Positions 11,472 through 26,400 of a DNA stretch of 64,000 nt are shown here, piece by piece. Below the pieces are notes generated by a model. It was not told where the DNA came from. It saw nothing but the letters and a program-made list of their open reading frames with translations, and did not search any database. Where the stretch lies: positions 69,750,001 to 69,814,000 of the forward strand of contig NC_042999.1 of assembly GCF_006345805.1 (NCBI RefSeq), in the 5' to 3' direction. How positions within the stretch are numbered: position 1 is the first letter of the stretch; each line of letters opens with the position of its first letter. A program made the position numbers and the translations under genes. This DNA is from Octopus sinensis. Taxonomy: Eukaryota.

Positions 11472-14400
11472 GTCATTCAGGTTGGGTTCATTTGGCTAAT
11501 TAACTGAATTAATATGTAAGTGGCTGAGTGTTCCTGAGTGTGAATCAGCATGACACGATATGCCCTAGATGCCACTGGGAAAGATCAAACCCAGGGTCTC
11601 ATGACTGCAAAGTGAACTTCTTAACCATTTTGCTTACTGCAAATGCGGTTGTGTGGTAAGAAGCTTGCTTCCTAAACACATGGTTCCAGGTTCAGTCACA
11701 CTGCATAGCACCTTGGGTAAGTGTCTTCTACTATAGCCTTGGACTGACCAAAGCCTTGTGAGTGTTTTCTGTGGGTGTTCTGCTGTATAGTAGATACATG
11801 GATACCCTAATTAGAAAAGAAAGGAAGGTGAGTCAGAGAGTAAGATAAAGAGAGCAATAACAAGAACGGTGGTAGCAAATAATAATAATCCTTTCTACTA
11901 TAGGCACAAGGCCTGGATTTTGTGAGGAGGGAGATTGTTGATTACATCAACCTCAGTATTTCACTGATACTTAATTTATTGACCTCTGAAAGGATGAAAG
12001 GCAAAGTTGACCTTGGCGGAATTTGAACTCAGAACGTGATGATGGGTGAAATACCGCTAAGCGTTTCGTCCAGCATGCTAATGATTCTGCCAGCTCTCCA
12101 CCTTAAATAATGATAATAATAATAATAATAAGCTGTTAATGTTATCTCTGTTTGCAGTTGAGAGTGTCGTCGTTCTTCATGATGATCTCTTATTCAATCT
12201 AAGAATTGCTGATGGTTCTGAAATATGGAGAATGTCCTTGCCTAAAATGTAAGTTGACACTATGGGAAGCTGTCGTGTGTGTTTATGTCTTGTATTGTCT
12301 CACTCTCATGTAAGTGCCATATGAAAATGTCACCATAGAGATGGTGCCATTGTTTACATCTGCTGTGAAAATGTGTCTTACTGTTGAATTGTTCATTATT
12401 TGAAAAACCAAGGGAAATATCACCTTAGTTGGAAACAAGTGAAGATTGGCAATAAATCCCATTTAAACCATGTGGTTTTGGGTTCAGCCCTACTGTCCTG
12501 CTCCTTGGGTGAGTGGTCTTCTTCTATAGCCCTTGACTGACCAAAGCCTTGTGAATGGAAGCTGAAAGAAGCCCATCAGATATATAAATGTGTGTGTATG
12601 TATACCTTTGTCTAAACATCTTGTGATGATTGAAAATATGCATCACCATCATACAGTTGATGCTGTTCATTTCCAGTCGTCCATGGACAAAATATCTGGC
12701 TGTAGGGAAATATTCCATTGCTTGGAGACATGTAAAGGTTGGTGCCGAGAAGAGTGTCCAGCTGTAGAAAACCTGCCTCAACAAATACCTCAGTAGTTCA
12801 TTATGTGTGTATGTATGTATGTATGTGTGTGTGTTTATATATTTTCCCAATAGTCTAATTACTAATACACATATCTCTCAAATTGTTTCTCTTCTTTGCA
12901 GGAAGAATATAAAGAATGTTTATTTGAATATTATTGAGCGAGATGTTTATGTTGTTGGTATAGTTCCTAATTCTCATGCTGAAATCATTGTCGTTAACAA
13001 TGAAGGAAATCCCAAATCTTCAAAAACCATTTCAGCAGCATGGTTATCAAGTGACAGCAAGTAAGTTCTAATTCTCTTCTGGTTGCAACTATGATAATGA
13101 AAAATATTCTATCCCTTTTTTGTTTTTTGTTTAAACTGGCCAAGTCTGGCCTCTCACACTTATCCTACAATATTATTCTAGAAATAAGGTGGCAAGCTGG
13201 CAGAATTGTTAGCACATGAGGCAAAATGTTTCGCAGTATTTCGTCTGCCGCTACATTCTGAGTTCAAATTCTGTTGAGGTTGACTCAGTGTTTCATCCTT
13301 TCGAGGTTGATTAAATGGAGTTGATATAATCAACTTAATCCCTTTGCCTGTCCTTGTTTGTCCCCTCTATGTTTAACCCACTGTGGGCAATAAAAAAATA
13401 CATATTATTCTAGAAATAAGCAATCACGTCATTGACATTTCAAAGTTATGAGATAAAGCATGATTAATTCAAATCAATGGAAATGAACAGGCATTACATT
13501 TAACTGACTAAATCTGGATGGTATTAAACAGGGAGATGGATGATGTCACCATCCCAACGATAGGGATAATCCTATTCTTCCACAATGTTTCCGTGTACAT
13601 CCATCCTTGATTATCCTTGATTCATTTTTCACTTATCCGAGATAACATCACATGCTCAGTTGTGAACTTTATGTTTATCACGAATTGGTCTGTGCTATCA
13701 CATTGGCTAGGACCCTTTGATGTGTATCCCAGGACAAAGTACATAACTCCTACTCGATGTTTGAGTTGTTAGTTGTGTGTGTGTGATTATTTAATTCTAA
13801 ATGACTCTTCGTTATTATTTTTTGTTTTTCAGTTGCATAATGACATCATATCATCTTACCTGCTTTGATAACAGTTCCTTGAGTCTAATGTTGCTACCTT
13901 TGAATAATGGTGTAACATTTATTCCAACTTTACTCACTGTAAGTCCAAATCTCATTCACATTTCTCTCCAATCTGCACACTGACCAGTTCCTCTCCTCTA
14001 CAACTTTATAATGATTTACTTCGGCATATTTACAGGATCTTGGTATTTCTGACTCTATAACTGCTTTGGAATATGCAGGTGGAGAGATATTCAGTATGAA
14101 ATCTGGCCTGTTGTTGGCACGTTTACATTTCGGTTACACAGCCTTACTTAAAGTTGCTTTAGATGGTTCAGTATCGTTAATGGCACCATTTGACAAGGTA
14201 ACGTTTTGAATTACCATTTATTGTTTGTTTTCATCATATTGTTTGTTTTTCTTTTCTTGTGGTTAACATGAGTTAGACTTTTGCGTAGATTTGACTCCTT
14301 GAACAATTGCTGTCATAATCATCATCATCGTTTAACGTCCGCTTTCCATGCTAGCATGGGTTGGACAATTTGACTGAGGTCTGGCAAACCAGATGGCTGC

Positions 14401-17400
14401 ACCAAGCTCCAATCTTGATCTGACAGTTTCTACAGCTGGATGCCCCTTCCTAACGCCAACCACTCCGAGAGTGTAGTGGGTGCTTTTATTTGCCACCGGC
14501 AAAAGCACCCACTACACTCTCAGAGTGGTTGGCGTTAGGAGGGGCATCCAGCTGTAGAAACTCTGCCAGATCAGATTGGAGCCAAGAAAACAAAAGATGA
14601 AGACGGGTGTGTAAACAACAAACAGATGTATTAGTTTAACGCTTGGGAAGTGAGAAAGTCTTTTACGTTTTGAGCCTACACTCTTTGACAGAAAGGAACA
14701 CAGAAATAAACAGGGAGAGAAAGTAGAAAAAGGTTTAGTGGCTAGCGATCTATTATGGCGAATACCGGACAGATGGGTCACACAGGAGAAGACAAAAGGG
14801 AAAAAGAAAGAGAGGGAGAGAGGTAACAAGTGCGGATTGAGAGAAACAACAATAGGAAAAAGCAGAAAGTACAAAAAAGTTTTGAAAAGTTGAAAAGGTT
14901 TGTGGTGTATTGGAGCGATTTCTCATCAAAGGAAGAGTCCAGTGTAATCCATGGGTAGGAGAGGTGCAGCTGAAGTGTAGTAGAGTAGAAGAAAGTCCAG
15001 GTAGAATAGACCAAGAAAAGTTTGAAGTGGAGGTAGAGACGGGATAAAACTAGTGCGACCACTTGAGCATCTCTATATATATAAACGGCAAAATGTCTGT
15101 GTGTGTATCCTTTATACAAATCCACAAGTTTTCAGTTAGAAGGCTCGCACTTTCTATGGTCATTCAAAACCGTCCAAGGGTGGTCGTGCACATCTTTACA
15201 TTTCTCCAGTCACCCAGCAAAGCCATTAAAAAAAATCGATAAACCGACCCCTTATGTTTCAGGTAACAAAAGTCTTCAATACAAGGGACGTGACTCACTC
15301 CACCAGTTTAATCTAAAGATATTAAACCATTGCAAGGGAAATAACTCTTTATTTTGATTATATATATATATATATATAAACAATAATAAATCTCTCTCTC
15401 TATATATATATATATTATAGCCTCAGTTTTGTGAGTGGGTTTTGTACTCGGAAACTGAAAGGAATCTGTCATATATATATATATGTGTATATTTGTGTTT
15501 ATAACCGACCATTGATTGGCAACTGATGTTGTGGTGTTTACATTCCCCTAGATTTGCAGTTCAGCAAAATACACTGTTAGAATAAGTACTAGGCTTACTA
15601 AGAATAAATCCTGTAGTTGATTTTTTTCCAGCATGGCCGCAGTCATGACTGAAACAAGTAAAACAAGAAAAAAACTATGCCATTTTAATCCCGCGGAAGG
15701 CCGGGTATCTCTGCTAGTGTAATATATAGTGAGAATTTACAAAAAAACAAAAGATGAAGACGGGTGTGTAAACAACAAACAGATGTATTAGTTTAACGCT
15801 TAGGAAGTGAGAAAGTCTTTTATTTTTCAAGCCTACGCTCTTTGATGAGTAATTGTTTTTGTTGTAAAGCCCTAAGAAAATCTATGGCATTGGAGCAGCT
15901 AATTCCACACCTTTGGAGATCTGTAGATCTAATGCTTAGACCTAAAGTTGTATTTGCTGTGTTGGTAGATCCAGCATTCAAATTGACACATGCTTGATGT
16001 GTTAGTACAGGCTCACTATCTGAATTGAACCCTTTTGTCACCATATTCATATTGAAATATACTGTGTTTGTTTCAATTGATTTTTAGAATAATGAAGAAT
16101 TAAAAAAAAAAATAACTTCCAAACATAGATTAACAAGAAATTTTGATGGCAAGTTTTAATTTAGATCAATTTTCAAGAGGGGAGTTTTATCATAAAACTA
16201 AGGGTGGTCTATGGTGGATTGGTTTCAAAAAGATTAAGTAGCATCTGGTTTTCATTTCCAAGCCTGGTGTTAATTTAAACCCGGTTAATATATTAGGTCT
16301 GTTGTAAGTCCCCAGGATTCATAAAGCTGAAACTTCACTTGTTTTTTGTAGCATACGAGGGACTGAGATTACCATACTACCCCTTTCTTAAGTGGGGCAA
16401 TGAAATAATATTTAGGAATTTGCCAGTCCCTTTGCCCTGACTGGTTCCTGTGCCAGTGGCATGTAAAAAGCACCATCCGAATGTGACCAATGCCAGCGTC
16501 GCTTTCACTGGCTCCTGTGCCGGTGGCACGTAAAAGCACCATCCAAACGTAGTCAATGACAGCCTCCTCTGGTCCCTGTGCCAGTTACAAGTAAAAAGCA
16601 CCCACTACACTCGGAGTGGTTGGCAATAGGAAGAGCATCCAGCTGTAGAAACACTGCCAGATCAGAGCCTGGTGCAGCCTCCTGGCTTTCCAGACCTAGT
16701 CGAACCATCCAACCCATGCCAGCGTGGAAAACAGATGTTAAACGATGATGATGATGATGAATTAAAATATCTCATTTTTATTTACTTGATGGTGGCACAT
16801 TTAAAACACCTGTGCTGGCACCACATATAAAGCACCTATGCAGGGGCCTTGTCAAAAGTACTGGTGTTGGTGTCACATATAAACCACCAGTACTAGTGCC
16901 ATGCAAAAAGCACCTGTGCTGGTGCCTCGTATAAAACACTGGTGCTGGTGCCAGGTAAAAAGCACCTAGTATACTCTTTAAAGTGGTTGGCTTTAGGAAT
17001 GGCATCCAGCCAAAGGAACCAAACCAAAACAGAAAACTGGAGTCTGATGCAACTTACCAGCTCTTGTCAGACTGTCCATCTCATGCCAGCATGGAAAAAT
17101 GAACGTTAAATGATGATGATGAGCCACTATATCAAGCACCTTGATCAGCTATGTTGTTACTCCTTCATCAGGAAGACTAAAAAACAAGATTTCTGTACAG
17201 AATGTAAGGCATAACACATTGGTTGTACTGGCAAAGTTGAAATGCACAACTATACATCAATATCAAAATAAATATCAAATGGAAATTGTAGTTGCGATAC
17301 CTGTGCCGGTGGCACGTAAAAAGCACTATCCCAACGTGGCCGATGCCAGCACTGCCTTGATTGGCTTCTGTGCCGGTGGCACGTAAAAAGCACCAACCGA

Positions 17401-20400
17401 CCGTGGTCGCTGCCAGCCTCCCCTGGCACCTCTGTCGGTGGCACGTAAAAAGCACCCACTACACTCACGGAGTGGTTGCCGTTAGGAAGGGCATCCAGCT
17501 GTAGAAATACTGCCAGATCAGACTGGAGCCTGGTGCAGCCTCCTGGCTTCTCAGACCCTGGTCAAACTGTCCAACCTGTGCTAGCACAGAAAACGGACAT
17601 TAAACGATGATGATGATGATACAATATTTCTATTTGATTTGATTTTTCCTATGACATTTCCTTGTCTCATGTAATGAGCAAATATTCCATTCTTATGTAA
17701 ACTGAATATTTTCAAGAGCAGATATTATCTAATAACATGTCTAACCTTTACCTTCAGCTCCTGTGTGCCCATTTAACCAAACATGGAGATAAATCAATGC
17801 TGATTACCCTGGAGATGACTGGTACAGAGGTATGATATTTAAATAGCTGTAACACACACACTTATAACACGGCATTCAGTTTGTGGTCATCTCCGGACAG
17901 TCAAAGAAATTATAAGTTGAAATCCTTGACTAAAATCGTAACTTTTTCCCCTTTATTGTTTCCAAATTTGGAGCTGGAAATTACTTACAATTGAAATAAT
18001 TTGAGAGTAGCCAGGTGCCTCCTCTGCAGCAAGAAACTTATAGTTCTATATTTAAGAGATGAGGAATTATGTACATTGTTTACATTATTTACATTTGATG
18101 GATATTTGTCCTCATCTTGTTTGTCATGAACACAACAAGATGAGGACGAATATCCGTCAAATGTAAATAATGTAAACAATGTAACAAGAAACTTGTTCCT
18201 GGCTTTTTATTCTGCTTTAATCTCTCAACACTTGAAATAAAGCCACTTCTCTCTCTCTGTTATATTCCCACTCAGTTGAGGGGCATCTTTAGTGTTGGGA
18301 GTTATTTGTTGGCGTCGCTGGTGCCAGTACCACATAAAAAGCACCTAGTTCCATCTATAAAATGGTTGACATTGGGAAGGACATCATTGGAGCATGATGC
18401 TGTTCTGTGAATTGTTGGATCCTTTCAGAGTGTCCAATCTGTGCCAGAATGAAAGGAGTGTGTTAAATGATGATGAAGATGATACCAAAGATGGAACTAT
18501 CAAAATCAGACGTTGCTGCAGATGTTCTTAACCAGCATTTCTCTAAGTTTGTTGCATCTTCTATCATTCTAATTCTTCACAGTAAATCATAAGCAGGGCT
18601 TCTAAAGAAAATTAGTCCCAGGTTGAATGTGCTGTATGTTACTGCTCCTGAGAAGGGAGTAGAAGTTCCTCACCATTAAAAGTTTGTGGTACTTCCTTCT
18701 TAGATTTTCAGACCCTGAACCAGCTGAATTCCACCTCTTATTGGCCCTGATCATAGAGTCTTCATGTAAGACTGCTTGGACATTGGTAACTTGATCAAAT
18801 GTCCACATGAAGAATTCTCGGTGACTTTGACATGGTGTGACAAAATACCACTTTATCTATGATCCTTAATGTTCTTTCATCTCTAGATCTGTATTAGTTT
18901 TCCTTGATATATATTTTTCTCTTTCAACAGCTTCTCAAAATGTCTGGGTTTGAACTTTCTTCTGGATCCCTGGTTCCTGTTCGAGATTTAACACATAAAA
19001 TATCTTATTCCAAATCGCATGGAAAACCAGTGAAGGTAAGTGTGTCTCAATGAGAATCTGTATTGATTTATGCATATGTGGCCGATGCCAGTGCCGCCTT
19101 GACTGGCTTTCGTGTCAGTGGCACGTAAAATCCACCAACCAATCGTGGCCGTTGCCAGCCTCCCCTGGCACCTAGGCTGGTGGCACGTAAAAAGCACCAT
19201 CCGTACGTGGTCGATGCCAGCGCCACCTTGACTGGCTTCCGTGCCGGTGGCATTTAAAAAGCACCAACCGATTGTGACTGTTGCCAGCCTCCCCTGGCAC
19301 ATAAAAAGCACCCACTACACTCAAGTGGAAAAGTGGATGACAATGATGTCTTAGAAAATGAAGGACACATTGGACAGTGTAGTCCTTGATATACAAAAAA
19401 ATAGGTTGGTCATGGCTGGAACATCTTTCATTGTAGATCTGCTCAATCAAAACAAAAGCAACAATTCCAATAATCTCAGAAGATTTCAGCTGAGACTAGA
19501 AAGGGATTGCATGAAATTTAACATCATCATCATTTAACTTTTGTTTTCCCATGCTGGCTTGGCAGTAGCTTGCAAGCCAGAGGGCTGCACCCAACTCCAA
19601 TTGTCTGTTTTGGTCTGATTTGTACAGGGCTGGGTGCCCTTCCTAATGCCAACCACTTTACAGATGTATTGGGTGCCTTTTACATAACACCAACATGAGT
19701 GGCTCCGGCATGGGTGCTTTTCATGTGGTGCCAGCACAAATGTTTCTTGCATGGCATCAGCATGGGTGCTTTTTCAGTTTATCTTTTGTGCAACCTATTA
19801 TTTTTTGGTAGACTAAAACATTTTAAAGGTATAAATTTACTAATGTTTCAGTATTATTTTTTGCATGTGTTTCTGAGGAATTTTTGTTACTTCACAGAAA
19901 TTGTGACATTGGCTGAGTCTCCCCCTTGTGTCTTTTTCTAGATCGATACGCTTCTGTTCTCCAAGAAAGACGGTCGAATTGGTTATAAAACAATGCTTCG
20001 TTCTGAGGATTACACCTTACATTTAATACACAAAGCTGGTGAGTCGAATATTCTGATGGTTTGGTAGAATCAGTAGAGTGTCAGACAAAATGCCCTGCAG
20101 TATTTAGTTGTGACTCTTTATACTCTGAAATCAAATCCTACCATGTTTGACTTTGCTTTACACCTTTCTGGGGCAGGGCTTGATAGAATATCATACCAAT
20201 CAAATACTGGCTAATATCATCCACCATTCCCTCCCCTCCCCTCAAAATTTGTGGCTTTCTGCCATTCATTAGACTGTGGCCATGCTGGGGCACTGGCTTG
20301 AATTTTAATTGAATGAATCGGCTACAGTACTTACTGTTTTTTTAAGCCTGGTACTTATTCTATCAGTCTCTTTTGCCAAACTGCTAAGTTAAGGGATGTA

Positions 20401-23400
20401 AACACACCAACACCAGATGGTGGTGGTAGTGAGGGCAAATACACAAGAACACACACACACATAACAGGCTTCTTTCAGTTTCTCTCTATGAAATCCAATC
20501 ACAAAACTTTGGTAAGCCTAGGGGTATAGTAGAAGACACCATTAGCACGCCAGGCGAAATGCCTAGCACTATTTCATCATGCCTAGTGCTATTTCGTCTG
20601 CCATTACATTCTGAGGTCAACTTTGCCTTTCATCCTTTTGGGGTCGATAAATTAAGTACCTGTTACGCACTGGGGTTGATGTAATTGACTTAATCCCTTT
20701 GTCTGTCCTTGTTTGTCCCCTCTATGTTTAGCCCCTTGAGGGCAAAAAAAAAAAAAGAAGACACTTTGCCCAAGGTGCTATGCAGTGGGACTGAACCCAG
20801 AACCATGTGGTTGGGAAGCAAGTTTCTTACCACATGGCCATGCCTGTGTCTTGGTGTCACGCAACTGGCACCTGTGCTGCTGGCACATAAAAGCACCACT
20901 TACGGTCTCAGAAGGGTTGGCATTAGGAAGGGCATCCAGCTGTAGAAATCATGCCAAATGAGACTGGAACCTGGTGCAGCCCCTCAGCTTACTAGCCCTA
21001 GTCAAACTGTCCAACCTATGCCTGCATGGACAGCGGATGTTAAAGGATGATGATACACGCACATATACACACTCACATTTTTTAGAAGTTTTTTAAATAG
21101 TATTTGATACAGCCACAGTATTTGAAGAATGACTTTCTAAAAATAAAAATTAATTATTTTAAAACATCTCAGAAAAACAATGGCAGAATGCTTTTGGAAT
21201 GAAGTTTGTGTATTGTGTGTGTAAGTGTTTTTGTTGTTCAATTTTTCAAACATATGCTTCCTGAGGTAATGCCATCATCATGTACATAGATATATCTTTG
21301 AATGTTTCAGGTCGTGTCGCATGGCGCAGAGAAGAAGCACTGGCTTACATTTTTGCAGTTGAAATGGTTGATTTACCTTTGTCAGAATCCCAGGCAAAAT
21401 TTGAAGATGAATTTGGCTCCCAGCAAAGTAATCACTTTTTAATTTCAACTTCATCATTGTTCTTATTCACTTTCCATGGGTTGGGTGAATCATTTCTGCT
21501 TTTCTAGATGAGTTTGTTAGTATAAAGTTCAATTGGTTTGTGTGTTTGGCTTGTGTTCACCTGAGTGGTAGATGAACTGGTGACTAACAAATTTCTGTGG
21601 TCAATATTACACATGGTTAAGTCATTTGTCTTATAGAACTTCAAGAACCTTGATCTCTTCTTCATTCCTTGTGCCATAACCATAGCCTCTATGTATAATG
21701 AAATAGCCATCATATTGTTACCTAACATGTCCATTAATGTCACCAACCATGATAACAAGGTTGTTTTTTTCTGTTATCAAAGCAGTCTGCTAGATGGATC
21801 TCAGAGAAATGGTCTTTTGTATATCTGTGAATCTTGATTGATCAGCGGATATATCATGTTACCTATGATTAATCTAAACTTAATCATTCTGTCACATACA
21901 CCAATTACTTCAGGTATCTATTCCTCTGCCAAGAATATGACTACTCCAGCAATTCTGGGATTGTTACTAATGCAGAAGAATTTGCACCAGTGTTTCTTTC
22001 CGATAAAGAGTCTGACTGAAGCTGTCCTCCACCTTACCTCTTGAACTCAAAACACATTTACTTGCCTCCACTCTAACATCTCTTCAGACCTACATCTCAT
22101 TGTAACATCATTGATCTTGGCAGCCCTCAGATTGCGCATCTGACACACACACAGAGCAGTTTCTAGTTGAATCAATTCTACCACATCAAATCAAATTTTA
22201 ATATTGGATTTGTATGAGGAAAACTACAACATAACAATTATAACTTCAGTTGGAGGCAGATACATCCACAACAACCATCACAATTCCTACTGTGGCAAGG
22301 CACTACACCAACCACAATTACTCTAATTTCTATTGAGCCAAGCACAATCACCACAGCTTCTGTTGGAAGCTGCTGAAGTTATTAAGAAGCAAACGAAGTG
22401 TCCACATGACCATGCTTACCTCCAAATTCAAAAACATCTGTTTAATAGAAATAGTGAGAAGGGTGGAGGTTAGGGGCTATGTTATAAACCAACCCAGTCT
22501 ATATTTACAAGTTAGAAACCTAAATTGTAAATAGTAATTATAAAATCTTCAGAAACCTAAATATTTCCTTCATTAATTATTTATGTAATTATATCATTTG
22601 GTATTTTCTAGATGATGTTTTGACTATGTTTATGAAAAGAATCAGTTCTCAAATTGGACAAGTCAAGGTAATGCCATGCTTCCATTGTCAGTTTTTATAT
22701 TCTGTATTGACCCAAATATATTTAAAATAAGACTAATTTCGAAAGCATCAATATAGGGTACCACTAGTATTCCTAATTACAGTACATCAACAACTTCAGC
22801 TGATAAGAGAAACTTTTTATATATTTGGGGCTAGTGGCCAAAATATATATCTCTGAATATGTCTAATTTCCAAAGCAGCAAAATCATTTCTTTCTTTCAC
22901 TAACGTAGTTTGTGCCAGAAACTTTATTAGATATCTGCGTGCTTTATTTTTCTTATATTTATGATATACCATGTATATTCTAAGCTAGTGGGATGATTTA
23001 CAATTTCGATTAAGCTTTGAGAAAAAAAAATCTGAAAGCTTAACTGGGCAATGTCAAATAACTACCACTGCCTGATACAGTTATTCAGCAAAATCTTTTC
23101 TCTTACAGATAATTTACCCCCTTAGACTTTCGTCTGTTTTGCGTCAATAAGATAAATACCAGTTGTCGCCCTTGTTCCAGAATTTGAAACCATTTCTATC
23201 TGTTATTTTCCCCGTCCCCCTCTTCGATTTGAAGGCTTCTAATGTTCCCAGATGATATTTTCTCAATCCGCAGATGTTACTGCAGTACATATTACAAAGA
23301 CTTCAGGGACATCGACACCACCAGCCATCTTCCTTGATAGATGACGACGAAGATGTGGAGTCTGAAGAAGATGATACAGAGGAGGACGAAGAAGATTTGA

Positions 23401-26400
23401 CCAGAGATGATTTCAACCTCAACAAAATTATAGTCGCCATCACTCGTCCTGGAAAGGTTAACGTTTCATTTATTCTTTTCTTTTTTTAACCTCTTCAGCA
23501 TTCAGGTTACTTTGTCAAATGTTCTTTATTCATTCACATTGTTTTCAATTAATCATACATCATCCTATAGATGTGATTGTTTATTTTTAGAATGACATTG
23601 TAGGTTAGGTGAGAGAGGTCTGATCTGGCCAGTTTGAACATGAAACATAAATTTTTGTTGGGTAACCTTCAACATGGGAACAATCCTGTTGACTTAATCC
23701 TTTAGCATTCAGTTTAGCCTGCCAAATATAATTTATTCACATTGTTCTGTATTAATCTTGTATTATGTTGTAGCTTCGAGATTTTGATGATGTGGTTGTT
23801 TATTTTTAGAATGACATTATAGAGTAGGTCTGAAAGGCTGGATCTGCCAGTTTGAACATAAAACAGCTAGAATATTTTGGCTGGATATGGCTGGTTAAAG
23901 AGTTAAGCCTGTTGATTTCCTGAAGATTTTCTCGTATCCCTCAGGACCATTACCATTTCATAAATAACAGTTTCAAGTCAAGTTTCTCTTTCTTTTCTTG
24001 ATCATCTTACATGCAATCTGGTAAACGTTATTTATCAAATAGAGAGCCCGGGCAAAGTTCAAAAAACTCCTACCTCTACTGTTGACAAAGAGCCTCTTGC
24101 TCAGAGTGAAAGGTAGATGCATGTATGTGAACTGCCATGCTACACAGCAGTGAAACATGGGCCATGACTGCTGAAGACATGCATAGGCTTGAAAGAAATG
24201 AAGCTAGTATGATTCGCTGGATGTGTAATGTCAGTATGTACACACAGCAGAGTGTATGCGCCCTTAGAGAAATGTTGGACATGAGAAGCATCAGATGTGT
24301 GCAAGAGAAATGACTGCGTTGGTATGGCCATGTGCTGCGTATGGATGAGGAGAGCTGTGTCATTCCCTAACAGTGGAAACCTGTGGTAGAGGAAGACATG
24401 GGACGAGATGAAGCATGATCTTCGAACTTTGTGCCTCACAGAGGCAGTGATGAAAGGAGACCTCTGGAGATATGCTGTGATTGAGAAGACCCGGCAAGTA
24501 AAGTGAGATCACAGCTGTAGCCTATACCAGTGTCGTATAACCAGCCCATTTGAAAAGTACCTTTGAATTGTTGGGTGACATGCTGTGCTTGAGAAGACCT
24601 GTTGAGTCAAGTAAAATCAAAAATCAAAACCACAATAAAAATAGAAATTGTAGTTGTGGCTGATGCCGTGCCACCTGACTGGCTCTTGTGCTGGTGGCGT
24701 GCAATAAGCATCATTCATGTGTGGGTCATTGCTGGCACCACCTTTCTGGTTCCGCATGCCAGTGGCATGTAAAAAGCATCATCCGAACGTGGTTGATGCT
24801 AGCCTACCTCTGCCCTGACTGGCTCCTGTGCTGGTGGCACATAAAAGCACCCACTACACTCTCAGAGTGATTGGCGTTAGGAAGGGCATCCAGCTGTAGA
24901 AACACTGCCAGATCAGATTGGAGCCTGGTGTGGCCTCCAGTCCCCAGTCAAACCGTCTAACCCATGCCTGCATAGAAGATGGACATTAAACGATGATGAT
25001 GATGATGATGAATTTTTCTAAACCACTTGGGTTGGAGAGGTCAATGCCTGTATAATTTACTGGCCAAACATCTACAGGGAAAACATAGGTGTAGAGGGAA
25101 GTAGGAATCTGATCTGAATTCTTGCAACAGAATTAAGGTGACCATATTTTTTTTTAATATGTATCCAAAACAGGAAAAGATCTCAGATTCCCTGCACAGT
25201 GCTGTGCTCTAATTGTGGTGGTTATTTGCGGAAGGGGTAGACTCAGGAAGACATGGGATGCAGTGGTAAGAAGGGATTTCGAATACTGAGCTTCACTGAG
25301 GAAATGACAAGGGACTGGGAGATATAGTGATTTGCTGTATTTGATATGAATTGTCATGCTAAGTAAAATCGCTGTCTTCCATATATACAGGCTTATCCTT
25401 CTGGGTGCCAGTGCCACATAAAAAGACCCATGCTGGTGTTGTGTCAACACACTCCTGCCAGTGGCATGAAAAATGCACCCACCATACTCTGTTAAGTGGT
25501 TGGCATTAACCCTTTCGTTACTGTATTTCTATTGAGATGTTCTGTGTTTCTTTCAGTTAATTTTAAATATAACAAAGAATTTAGTAAAATAACTTAGTTA
25601 TCATTTAGCTAACATAAATTGTGACTAAGGTTTGGTGGAAGATTTTAATTCATAACTTATGAAAACACGACATTTGTACTCAGAGCCAGAGCCGGTTTCA
25701 GCCGGGTTGGTAGCGAAAGGGTTAAGGAGGGCATCCAGCCATAGAAACCATACCATAGCAGAGAAATGGCAATTGGACAGCTCGATGTCAAACCATCCAA
25801 GCAGATGTTGATGGCAATATGTATGTGTGTGTGTATAGATAAACAGGTGAAATAGCACGAATGGAAAGAGGGAAATGAGAGGCAAACGGATGAAAAACGT
25901 GAGTGGTTACAACAGGTAGACAAAAATTTGAAAAATGATGAACAAAATGTATATACAAAACAATGACAGTAAAAGTTGTGCCCAATGGGTGGTTGTGTTA
26001 AAACATGGAATGCAAAAGAAGCAGACTGACATTTGTATATTTGTTTATTTTTGAACATTTTAACCTTTTTGTTACCATATTTCTATTCAAATACACTGCC
26101 TTCAGTTAATTTAGAAAGTAATAAAGAATTCCTTAAAATAACATTGTCATTATTAAATTGGTGTTTGGAACATTAATCAACATTAAATGTTAATTAAGGC
26201 TTTTAATTTAGATCCCTTTTAAAGGTTGTATCACAGAACTGGGAGTGGCTCATATCAGAAGAGTTAAAATAATTTGTTTTTTTATCTCTTTCCAGCTGTT
26301 TGGCATCCGAAGTACCAACGGTCGTATCATATGGTGCCATTATATTTCCAAGATGGCACCATTCAACAACTATGGTAAACCAAGTCTCATGCTCTTTGTC

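Noticed and set aside
17830-18930. Search for an equivalent of the vertebrate Ser-rich EMC1 exon
   Set aside because: No suitable exon found; the flanking exons join in frame without it
19080-19320. Regularly spaced ggcacgtaaaaagcacc units resembling a CRISPR array (also 16440-16610, 17300-17460)
   Set aside because: Internal sub-repeats of the RTE-tail family; the spacers are homologous to each other, the context is eukaryotic and there are no cas genes
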